This document shows, piece after piece, positions 13,401 to 32,180 of a DNA stretch of 64,000 bases. Every line of letters begins with the position of its first letter. Position 1 is the first letter of the stretch. Position numbers and translations under genes: made by a program. A model generated the notes under the pieces. That model ran no database searches, was not told the origin of the DNA, and was given only the letters and a program-made list of their open reading frames with translations. The stretch is from assembly GCA_002269645.1 (NCBI GenBank), contig NIVC01000467.1:310001-374000 (forward strand), given 5' to 3'. Origin of the DNA: Macrostomum lignano. Lineage: Eukaryota.

Positions 13401-15300
13401 GTATATTTAAATCATTTTGAGTTTTCATATCACCGGGAAGCAGTTTTTTCCACAACTCCGACACACTTGTCGCAGATATGAAGTGTCGGAGATATGAAGT
13501 GTCGGAGACATGAGGTGCCGGAAATATGAAGTGTTGGAGATATTAGGTGCCGGATATATGAAGTGTCGGAGATATGAAGTGTTGGAGTTATGAAGTGTCG
13601 GAGATATGAGGTGTCGGAGATATAACGTAATATAGTGACGGAGATATGAAGTTTCGGAGATTTAAAGTTTCAGAGATATGAAGTTTCGGAGATATGAAGT
13701 TTCAGAGATATGGAGTATCAGAGATATGAGGTGTCGGAGATATAACGTAATATAGTGTCGGAGATATGAAGTGTCGGAGATATGAAGTTTCGGAGATATG
13801 AAGTGTCGGAGATATGAAGTGTTGGAGTTATGAAGTGTCGGAGATATGAGGTGTCGGAGATATAACGTAATATAGTGTCGGAGACATGAAGTTTCGGAGA
13901 TATAAATTTTCAGAGATATGAAGTTTCGGAGATATGAAGTTTCAGAGATATGAAGTATCAGAGATATGAGGTGTCGGAGATATAACGTAATATAGTGTGT
14001 GAGATATGAAGTTTCGGAGATATGAAGTGTCGGAGATATGAAGTTTCGGAGATATGAAGTATCAGAGATATGAGGTATCAGAGATATGAGGTATCAGAGA
14101 TATGAGGTATCAGAGATATGAGGTGTCGGAGATATGAAGTGTCGGAGATATGAAGTTTCAGAGATATGAAGTATCAGAGATATGAGGTATCAGAGATATG
14201 AGGTGTCGGAGATATGAAGTGTCGGAGATATGAAGTTTCAGAGATATGAAGTATCAGAGATATGAGGTATCAGAGATATGAGGTGTCGGAGATATGAAGT
14301 GTCGGAGATATGAAGTTTCAGAGATATGAAGTATCAGAGATATGAGGGATCAGAGATATGAGGTGTCGGAGATATGAAGTATCAGAGATATGAGGTATCA
14401 GAGATATGAGGTATCAGAGATATGAGGTGTCGGAGATATGAGGTGTCGGAGATATGAAGTGTCGGAGATATGAAGTGTCGGAGATATGAAGTTTCGGAGA
14501 TATGAAGTTTCAGAGATATGAAGTATTAGAGATATGAGGTGTCGGAGATATGAAGTGTCGGAGATATGAGGTGTCGGAGATATGAAGTGTCGGAGATATG
14601 AGGTGTCGGAGATATGAAGTGTCGGAGATATGAAGTGTCGGAGATATGAAGTTTCGGAGATATGAGGTTTCAGAGATATGAAGTATTAGAGATATGAGGT
14701 GTCGGAGATATGAGGTGTCGGAGATATGAAGTCCGGATATGTCGGAGATGCAACCCCCTTGCAAATTATTCTTACTACCATGAAATATGAGTAACTTCTT
14801 CAACCCAGGAATTAGTTACAGTCACTAACATTCAGTTATTCCTTGATTTCATCAAGTAAGGCCACGTCTTCTAGATAAGGGAAAATGTCAGAAATTTATA
14901 GATAGTACTTGTACAGCGCAGGCACTTCATATCTTCATATCAGCCAGAGATGAGCTTTGAGCAATAATAATAGCTACTCTCAAAAGAGCTCTGCTACCTA
15001 CTGTTAACAATGGAACTCCCTAATTCCATGCTTTAACAAACGGCTGCTTGGATAGAACTATTCTAGTTGCACATATAGGTACAGCGGCAACAATGCAGTT
15101 AGTTCAGCAATCTTCCTCGTGAGCTCTGTCGGTGAAATTCTTTTCTTCCAATTCCTATTCTATTCGCTCTGCGATATTGTTTCCTTAACTTATTGTTGCA
15201 CTCACCGGAGCGGAACCCATGCAGTTACTTTTTGCATTGATCACAGTATAATCTACAGATAGATATACCGCATGTTCGTGTACTCAGAGAGCCAAAAAGC

Positions 15301-15346
<46 letters not shown>

Positions 15347-15353
15347 ATATCTT

Positions 15354-15391
<38 letters not shown>

Positions 15392-15477
15392 CATCTATCT
15401 ATCTATCTATCTATCTTTCTATCTATCTATCTATCTATCTTTCTATCTATCTTTCTATCGATCTATCTATCTCTCTT

Positions 15478-15539
<62 letters not shown>

Positions 15540-15540
15540 C

Positions 15541-15572
<32 letters not shown>

Positions 15573-15685
15573 ATCTATCTATCTATCTATCTTTCTATCT
15601 ATCTTTCTATCCATCTATCTATCTATCTTTCTATCTATCTATCTATTTTTCTATCTATCTTTCTATCTACCTATCTATCTATCTT

Positions 15686-15730
<45 letters not shown>

Positions 15731-15781
15731 TTTTCTATCTATCTTTCGATCTATCTTTCTATCTACCTATCTATCTATCTT

Positions 15782-15824
<43 letters not shown>

Positions 15825-15833
15825 ATCTATCTT

Positions 15834-15871
<38 letters not shown>

Positions 15872-16194
15872 ATCTATCAACATAACGTCACATTTAAGAC
15901 AAAGATGTTGACAACAACTAGTCTCCTATTTTACAAAAAAAAACACAATGTACTTTTAAACAAGCAAAAAATCTGTTAACAGGGATAAAATCTGCATTGC
16001 CTATCCCGCAGTAATCCAAGACAGAAATTACATGCTGCCTGGCAAGATGGGTTGGAGGGAGGAGTCGCAGATTCTGCGAAATTCACGCAAACGTCAAACA
16101 GCAGGTGGGGAGACGCCCAATTTTCGCGAAATTAGCAGGGCAAGAAGGGGACAAATTGCTAGCGTTAATTAGTACTATCATTTAATCAAACTTA

Positions 16195-16235
<41 letters not shown>

Positions 16236-16282
16236 ATCTATTTGTCTGTATGTCTGTCTGTCTGTCTGTCTGTCTGTATGTA

Positions 16283-16313
<31 letters not shown>

Positions 16314-16420
16314 ATGTATGTCTGCCTGTCTGTCTGTCTGTCTGTATGCCTGTCTGTCTGTCTGTCTGTCTGTCTCTCCGTCTCTATCGATTTGTCTGTC
16401 TGTCTCTCCGTCTCTATCGA

Positions 16421-16457
<37 letters not shown>

Positions 16458-16532
16458 ATGCCTGTCTGTCTGTCTGTCTGTCTGTCTCTCCGTCTCTATC
16501 GATTTGTCTGTCTGTCTCTCCGTCTCTATCGA

Positions 16533-16569
<37 letters not shown>

Positions 16570-19500
16570 ATATCTGTCTGTCTGTCTGTCTGTATATCTG
16601 TATGTCTGTCTTTATCTTTTTGTCTGCCTTTCTACCTGTCCATTTATATGTTTTAATAACATTTAGGGTTTCCATTCCCAAGTCTAATGGTACAATCCAG
16701 ATGCAATATATCAATGAATAATTAACGATCCGGAGGTTTGGATTCTTTGAACTGGACTGCTGCATCCACCAATAATAAATATATGTATGAACCAACGGTA
16801 GCTTACGTTTAAATCTTTGCCTACATGAATTTTTAACAAAGAATCAGACACACATCAAAGATGACAACTGATACGTTCCGCACACTAGAAGTTGACTAAA
16901 GAAAACACTTGAAACCAAACAGCTATGCTTATTGTATTGAGAAAACTTATTTGATGCACTTCAATAGCAGCTGCCACACTTACAAGTTATCTAAATAATT
17001 AAAACTACACTGCACACTTGTACAAAGAAAACTGTTTTAATGCATAAGCTTGACCAACAATACGAGATTCAAGGGGATTTGGGGTTCAATGGGATTTGGG
17101 ATTCGATGGAACATGGGATTGAATGCGATATGGGATTCAATGGAACATGGGATTCGCTGGGATTTGGGATTCGGTGGGATATGGGATTCGATGGGATATA
17201 GGATTCGATGGGATATGGGATTAATGGGATTTGGGATTCGATGGGATATAGGATTCGATGGATATGGATTATGGGATATAGGATTCGATGGGATATAGGA
17301 TTCGATGGGATATAGGATTATGGGATTGGATTCGATGGGATATAGGATTCGATGGGATATAGGATTCGATGGGATATAGGATTCGATGGGATATGGGATT
17401 AAATGGGAGTTGGGGTTCGATGGGATATAGGATTCGATGGGATATAGGATTCGATGGGATATAGATTCGATGGGATATGGGATTAAATGGGAGTTGGGGT
17501 TCGATGGGATATAGGATTCGATGGGATTGGATTCGATGGGATATAGGATTCGATGGGATATAGGATTCGATGGGATATGGGATTAAATGGGAGTTGGGGT
17601 TCGATGGGATATAGGATTCGATGGGATATAGGATTCGATGGGATATAGGATTCGATGGGATATGGGATTAAATGGGAGTTGGGGTTCGATGGGATATGGG
17701 ATTAAATGGAATTTGGGAGTTCATGGGATATGGGATTCAATGGAGATTTGGATTCAGTGGGATTGGGATTCAAAGGAGATTTGGGACTCAGTGGGATTTG
17801 GGATTCAATAGGGTATGGGATTAAATGGGATTTAAATGGGATTTGATGGGATTTGTGATTCAATGGGATATGGGATTCAATGGGAGTGTGAGATTCAATG
17901 GATTTGGGATTAAATTGGATATAGAACTCAAAGGAACGTGAAATTGGCAAGAAGCCAAGAGAAACTAACCTGTAGAAAATCGCGCAAGAAATTATTCGCC
18001 CGTTTAGAGTTCGGTGCCGGCACTTCAATTAGCGGGCACTCCTGGCCAACAGTGTACACGGTGCCCAATAGTCTGATACTGTAGCCATTACGATTTCGAA
18101 TCAATAGAAAATCTGTCAGTCTAGGCTTGTGCGGATATATCGGAGCCCGGAACAGATTGTTCTCAATAGATTGCAGACATTGTCCGGGCGATAATTGGCC
18201 AAGAAATGGCGATTGATCGTCATTGCAAGCGACTGGTTCGCCGTGCTCCCGTTGCGGAATCGAGCTCTTATCAGCTTCGGTATTACTATCCGCATCGCTA
18301 TCAACCGGTACAGATCGTTTATAATAATTAATAATTTTAGTTGCCATGCCAATTTGCATCATCAATGGCGGATATTCTTCGGAATATTCGGCTAAAATTA
18401 AATCGCCATCCGTAGCTGTCAGATCAGCCGGGGTTCGCATAAAGAAAATATTACCGCCGCCAAGTGCAAGTCGTTCGCTTTCTAACTGCTGCCTACGCCG
18501 CTCGATCTGCTTAGCAAGATTCAACACCGGAAGAGGAGTATCGTAGGCCGACATAGGGCCGCGTTGGTAGCGTCGCAACGGCGGCCGATACCAGACGCGC
18601 AATTTTTGCGGCGTCAAATTAGTTGGGAAATATTCCGGTCGCAGTTCCATAGCCGGAGTGGAGTGCTGCAGTATCGAGCCTATAGTAGGGCCGGCGCCGC
18701 CGCCGGTGCGGACTAGCTGGCTACTATTGCGATAGAATTGATCGTTGCTCAAATTAAACGCCCCATCCGATGCCAATAGTTGGTTTAGTTGCATGTTTTG
18801 CTTAGACAATAATCCATCTGATTCAGCGTTCTCATTAGCTGCTGACGCGATCCGGTAAGTAGACGGATCAATTACCAAGGCCTCATCGTTCAGGTCAAGC
18901 GTGAGAACGTACGGCCGACCAAGGGTATCGGCTTTAGAGCCGTCCCACACAATGTTATCCTCCCAATTAGTGTAGGCTAATTCTGTATTATCAACAGCGA
19001 ATATACTACGCCAGCCTTCGTACTTTGGTCCGGCATTAGGCTTCTCAACTCCGGGATAAGTGCCTCCGTACTGGCGTTGAAAATCTTCAAGAGTTCGCGA
19101 AGCTGACGACGGAATCCAACCGCAATAGCCGGCATTAGCTCGGTTGCTAGCCTGAATTTTCTCCTTAGCAACCTCGGCGTCCCAGACTATATCGTCTTCC
19201 CAGTGGATTAAGTTGGCCATATTAAATAAATCATCGTTTAGTGACGGCGCAGAAGCTGTTGCTGTCACGGAATCACCAATGTCGTCTTCGTCAAGTGGGG
19301 ACGATTTTTCACCATCTCTGCTATCGTCTTCATCCTCATCCGTTGCGTCCCCATTTCCGCTAATATTTCTTTGCTTTTTATCATTCCTTTTAGACGACGC
19401 AGTTGAGGCCGATTTTGGAAGCGGAAAAGCGGTCAGATCCGACACCGGACCGTCTGGCGGCGGCAAGCCAAGCATGTCGTACCAAAGCGCCGCCGGGCCA

Positions 19501-20570
19501 AAGCGCCAACGATTGCCGACACCTTCAAGTAGGCTGTCTCTGCCTGAAGCTTCCAGCGCGGCACCGGCGGCATCGACGGCCGATTGACCTTGACCGCTAA
19601 TATTCTCATCTTCGTTGAGTTGTTCTAATAAACCGGACGCTGGCGGTTGCGGCACTTTCAACTGACGCTGCAGTTGGACAGTGTCCGGTAATAATTGGCT
19701 ATTATCAACTGGCAACTCGCCCATATCGATATCGTCTATATACACGTGCGGCAGTTCAGGATCGGCGGGGTGAACAGACAACGGTCGTGGCAATTCGTTT
19801 GGCGGCACCCTATCAGCGTAAGCTGTCCGCTTCACCGACGGTTTAAACAATCGAGACCAGCGCGGTATGATTTCTGGATCAAAGTCGGGAAATAAGAGGC
19901 GTATGTCGGTATTGCGATATTCTTCCGGACAAATATTAGCTAGCGGCCGTTTCGGATCAATAACTGGCTCTTCAAACGGTATCACTACTGGTAAAATTTG
20001 TGGCGCCTTCTCCGACTGTGGCTGCGCGGCGGATAAAGAAAAAAGCGCCGGCGCTCGTTCAGGCGGGATTTTTGTCGGCGGCGGCATCAGGCTGGCGTCT
20101 TTGCTGACCTGCTCAGCAGCGGTGCCAGCGGCATCGGAGGCGGCTTTGTCATTATCATAATCATCGTCATACTCATCGTCTCCTTTAACGGCAGCATCCA
20201 GGCTAGCCGCAGCCTCCAGCATCGCGGCGTCATCAACTGCAGCCTCGTCAATGTCGTAGAAATCTTGACGTTCAACGGTTGGTTTACTGTCAGCTGATTC
20301 AGCTTCATCGGCTGTAGCCGAGGAAAGAGCTTGAGCAGTATTAGCAGTGGTTGCAAACACCTCTTTATTGATGATTAGATCTTTATCGGCGGCTTGGCAT
20401 TTAGCCAAATCGCGTATATGTCTGCGACCCTCTTCTTCGGGGAATTCTTCTAGTTCGCCAGATTCGTTCACGTTGCCGAACATGAATCCGGCCAAGTTGA
20501 AGCCGCCCTTGTTTTCCGTTTCTTCAACATCATTGCCGCCGTTTGAAGCACCGTAAGCGTCATCTGACAT
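7445..20570 (-). CDS. TAF1: Transcription initiation factor TFIID subunit 1 (TAF1), 6 exons, 1877 aa predicted
   Basis: Exons on the minus strand: 20570-17970, 13275-12538, 12030-10924, 10593-10271, 8822-8176, 7662-7445. All introns are GT-AG and phase-consistent. Motifs: TAND GFNLAGFMFGNVNESGEL; EYSEEYPPLMMQIGMATKIINYY; DFLQ|VNIYRLF; APWNTSR; DPTGCGEAFSY; TDADLRKL; zinc knuckle CGACGQLGHMRTNKECP; two bromodomains (PMDLLTMKERL..NCVTFNG and PMDLATLQDKV..NCIAYN); acidic tail. Confidence 0.96.
7715..8160. repeat. 28-bp minisatellite in TAF1 intron 5
   Basis: (CAGCAACTGAGGATCTGGGAGGCTGGCC)n, about 16 copies. Confidence 0.95.
8925..9140. repeat. ~46-bp degenerate tandem repeat in TAF1 intron 4
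   Basis: ACTGTCTGTCTATCGAAAACTATGACCTTGAGAGTCACGTGGCCTT, 4-5 copies. Confidence 0.85.
9900..10240. repeat. 12-bp (AGACAGACACTA)-type repeat in TAF1 intron 4
   Basis: Direct. Confidence 0.85.
10735..10860. repeat. 12-bp (TAGTGTCTGTCT)-type repeat in TAF1 intron 3
   Basis: Reverse complement of the 9900-10240 unit. Confidence 0.8.
12120..12500. repeat. 21-bp minisatellite in TAF1 intron 2
   Basis: (TACTCTACCTACTCAGATACC)n. Confidence 0.92.
13475..14750. repeat. 16-bp minisatellite with a 120-bp higher-order period in TAF1 intron 1
   Basis: (GGAGATATGAAGTGTC)n; marker TATAACGTAATATAGTG at 13621, 13741, 13861 and 13981. Confidence 0.95.
15300..15878. repeat. (ATCT)n microsatellite
   Basis: Direct. 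Confidence 0.97.
16195..16625. repeat. (TCTG)n microsatellite
   Basis: Direct. Confidence 0.97.
17080..17925. repeat. 17-bp minisatellite (GGATTCGATGGGATATA)n with degenerate edges, ending ~45 nt from the TAF1 exon 1 donor
   Basis: Direct. Confidence 0.93.
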
Positions 20571-20776
20571 GGCGTTTGGTTATTGTTATTGACTCGATAG
20601 TTTTTATTGATTAGTTAGTCAAAATCAACCAAGCTATTGCTATAGCTTGAGGCAAGCTAAAGCTTCACTTGATTTGGGTGTAATTTCTTTTCGTTTAGTT
20701 GAATATATTTTAGTTGGGCAGAAAAACGAGAACGGTTTATCATCAAGCAGTAAGAGTGTATTTTAATGCTATATAG

Positions 20777-20915
20777 CAGGGGTCGGCAAACTTCCTTTGA
20801 AACTTCACAATAGCAATCCGGCCAGCCCAAGGTTTGTGTCTCTTCTCAGCTCTCTTTTCTTTCTTTTCTCTCTCCTCTCTCTGGCCCTCAAGTTAAAAAA
20901 GTTTGCTAACCCATT
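20777..20915. mobile_element. hAT/Charlie-type MITE remnant
   Basis: Left end CAGGGGTCGGCAAACTT; degenerate right end GGCCCTC..AAAAAAGTTTGCTAACCC. The TSD is not clean. Confidence 0.55.
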
Positions 20916-21758
20916 TCATAATAGCATTTAGTAGTTAATTAGTCAATTTGTCACGAACAGTACTCTCCGGAGACTATAGTGGAGAAGAAAGTTTTTTTCC
21001 AAATTAAGAGCTTACGGAACAATGCATCAATCAATTTATCTCTACTAAAAGGAAAACTATCTGTGACTGCTAATAATAAGACGCGTGATCAGCTAGAGAA
21101 TATATTGCCTTAGGACTCCTAAGGTATAGGTAGGTACCGACAGCCGAGGGGGAAAACACAGCCCCTCATAATCCAACACTGCTGTCGTGCAAAAAGACCA
21201 TAACTCCACAGACTAGCTAGATATACCTTTAATAATAACGCTAGAGTATAGCTTGCAAGATGAGAAGACTTAGCTCATATTTTATTACACTAATAATTTA
21301 CGCGTGTCCAAGGCCTTGACATCAATTAAATCAAAGCCAAACAAGAGGCTCAGCTGATTTGACCATAACTCGAAACACGCGAGAATCCGTAGGGTAACAA
21401 AATAACAAGACTTTCCCGTAAAATCAGCAATCTTTCTGCCTGAGTGACTGACTCACTGATAATACGAATCACGGCACTAACATACTACTTTCTGGATAAG
21501 AATGCATTAGAACAAAAGAAAATTAAGCAAATTATGCACCAACGGAAAAATGCTAGCTTTTTTACCTATTCATTCGCGCGTCCTTAACGTGTCATTTTAT
21601 TTGAAGGAAATTGAATCAAATTATATTCTGTACAAGTATGTAATTTTGTTTCTATAAAGCATTCAATTTTGTCTTGGCTAAAATTGCAGTCCCAGGTAGC
21701 GCATAAACAAAAGAATAAAAGACAAACAAAGGAGAAATGATAGCGAAGCTGTGAGACT

Positions 21759-22355
<597 letters not shown>

Positions 22356-22419
22356 GTAATATCAAGCCAAAGACAGAACAAATGCCGCAGAAATCAGCAA
22401 GTCAGTCAGTCAGCCAGCC

Positions 22420-23742
22420 TCAGTCGCTATCCCCAATGAGTTCGCCAACCGGCATGCACTGAGCAGCACGGGGATCAGCGGCCACTTTTCCGGCGCCCTG
22501 CCTTCGTCGTTTCAGCTTCAAGCGTTCAATCCGCTCCGACTTGCTGTCGAGATACTCCTGAAACCCGGCGGCCTCCAGATTGGCATAGGTCAGCACGTCG
22601 ACAAAAAAATCCAGCCGACAATTAACGGCCTCAGCAACTAGAGCTATGTCAGCCGGCTGTAGCCAATGGGGCAGCGACAACTCGCTACCGTCAGTAAACA
22701 ATCGAACTTCTAACGGCTTTAACGGATTGTTGCCTAGCAACAATAAGCAATCTTGCTCGGGGAAACTATCGCCAGTTTGTTGACATTGACAACAGCATTT
22801 AGCCGAGACAATAAGACCTGCACTAAGAGGAATTGGCGATTGTGTTATAATCTCTAAACGGCATTCAGGCGGCTGACCGATCTTGCATAGCAACAACTCG
22901 GATACGACAGTCGGTCTATCACCACTAGCGTCATTAGCAACAATAATCGAGTTTTTGAATGCATCGGTTGGCATGGAAACGCAAGCGGCTACGTTAAGCC
23001 GTTGCGACACAATCAGGTGACAATAGGTCCTATCGCCGCTAGTTGATGAAGATTTTGGCAATTGCAGGCTGGATAATTCCAAGCCTAATGCTGGATTCCA
23101 AGCTCGAAAACTGCCATCAGAGGACAGGCTTAACAGACAGGCGCTGGACAGGCAAGTGGACAGGCCTAGGACTGGAGAGTCGTGGCCAAGGCAGAACGAT
23201 TCGATATTGTAAGCATTCGGTAGGCGACTAATTCGAATACGTGCATCGGCGTCTGCGGTTGCTAGGCAACGAATGTCATTAGCAACCGAGGCTGGAACGA
23301 GTTCAATAGCTGTTAGCATGGCCAAGTGGCCTAGAACGAGTTCGCCGCTACTAGAAGAGCTAGAATTAGTTGCTATAGCAACGCTTAAAACGTCGCCACC
23401 TTTGTCGGCAATGTACAACAGAGTCGCATCGGAGGAAGTTTTGGCGTCGTCAAATAGCAGAAACGCGGCCCGTTTAACGCAGTTTACACTGGCAACCGTT
23501 GCTAACAAGTCGGTCTTGTTCAAGTCTAAAACTCTAACAACTTTTGCATCGGTAGCAACTGCTAAAAAATTTCCGCAAGGACTAGCAGCAAAGCAAAGCA
23601 CGGATTCTTTGCCGCCTTTGGCATCTTCTGAAGAGGAGAATATTATAGTTGAATTGGCATCGTTGGTGGTTGGACGAAATCTGGCAACACTGTGACGTAA
23701 TTGAAGCCACACGTCTCCCGATAAAGCATCCACGTGTAACAT
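22420..23742 (-). CDS. WDR4: tRNA (guanine-N7)-methyltransferase non-catalytic subunit WDR4/Trm82, single-exon CDS, 440 aa
   Basis: WD40 motifs typical of WDR4: YIADKGGDV, LGHLAML, TADADARIRISR, YNIESFCLGH, and a C-terminal QEYLDSKSERIERLKLKRRR. Confidence 0.9.
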   Translation of the reverse strand: MLHVDALSGDVWLQLRHSVARFRPTTNDANSTIIFSSSEDAKGGKESVLCFAASPCGNFLAVATDAKVVRVLDLNKTDLLATVASVNCVKRAAFLLFDDAKTSSDATLLYIADKGGDVLSVAIATNSSSSSSGELVLGHLAMLTAIELVPASVANDIRCLATADADARIRISRLPNAYNIESFCLGHDSPVLGLSTCLSSACLLSLSSDGSFRAWNPALGLELSSLQLPKSSSTSGDRTYCHLIVSQRLNVAACVSMPTDAFKNSIIVANDASGDRPTVVSELLLCKIGQPPECRLEIITQSPIPLSAGLIVSAKCCCQCQQTGDSFPEQDCLLLLGNNPLKPLEVRLFTDGSELSLPHWLQPADIALVAEAVNCRLDFFVDVLTYANLEAAGFQEYLDSKSERIERLKLKRRRQGAGKVAADPRAAQCMPVGELIGDSD

Positions 23743-23844
23743 TATGCTGCGTTACTTATTCTGAGTTGTCTTAATCTGAAACAGGAGCAAATAGAAATAG
23801 CAATTAAAAAACTTTATCAGGTGGGACACTTAAGGGGGCTTTAG

Positions 23845-24070
23845 AGGACTCTTCGCTACCTTTCTCAGGTTGATTCAGAGGACTCTCCGCTACCCTTCTC
23901 AGGTAGCTTCAGAGAACTCTCCGCTACCCTCCTCAGGTAGCTTCAGAGAACTCTCCGCTACCCTCCTCAGGTAGCTTCAGAGAACTCTCCGCTACCCTGC
24001 TCAGGGAGCTTCAGAGGACTCTCCGTTACTCTGCTCAGGTAGCTTCAAAGGACTCTTCGCTACACTCTTC
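23845..24070. repeat. 34-bp minisatellite between DPP9 and WDR4
   Basis: (GAACTCTCCGCTACCCTCCTCAGGTAGCTTCAGA)n, about 6 copies. Confidence 0.88.
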
Positions 24071-24744
24071 AGGGTTTTCCTTGAAATCTATCAACTATAA
24101 ATTTATGAAGTAGTAAAATTATTACTTTAAAATTGATAACCAATCAGTTTCATACCTAAAAATAATGGCGGTAAGAAATAAGGTACATACCTAACATTGA
24201 ATTATTTATTATGATCAAAAAACACGGTCATTAAATTTATTATTAGACATTTCAAATAAAAACACTATATTCAATAGCGTAAAGTAATATTGACAGATGA
24301 AAGTTATTTACTGAAATTTCGAGTACAATCGCCTGATTGATCAACAATAATAAAAAATTGGCGGAAGGCTTGAAAGGATAAAAAACGAATTCAGTATAGT
24401 TTACAGCAATTTCTAAGAGCATGCAGCATATTAAGAGGGAAGATTTATGACTAATAATAATTTTTTTTTCTCAAAAGTTTGTGCAAAACTGGCCTACTTG
24501 AATTATTAGATTAAACTTTATAATTTTTTCTATATGACACTTAAGATTTTATATAATTGAAGCACTAAGTTATAAGTTTCATTGTCCACTATTACTACTA
24601 GAATGGCATTCATGAGTAGTATAATTAGTAAAATTAGCAATAAATCAAACAAAATATCGCAATCCCGGCGTTTCTTTTGTCGTCATACAAAAATCGGTTT
24701 TATTGATAATTTCTAAGAGAAGAGCCACAACGACAACACGGTCA

Positions 24745-32018
<7,274 letters not shown>

Positions 32019-32180
32019 AGCCTTCTTTAGGTTTCTTTGAAAAAATCGATAGGAAAAGCGTAAAAACCTGAAATGGCCAACAGGAGTGTTTTTAATTAAA
32101 ATACGTCCTACATCTGGCTTATGCTTGATTCTAAGCTTCGAGCTAACCGCGAGAATCTGTGATTAACTTTAGTTAGGTTA

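Noticed and set aside
18116-20556. Short ORFs overlapping TAF1 exon 1 (likewise inside USP15, WDR4 and UCHL5)
   Set aside because: They are shadow frames of GC-richer coding sequence with no independent signal.
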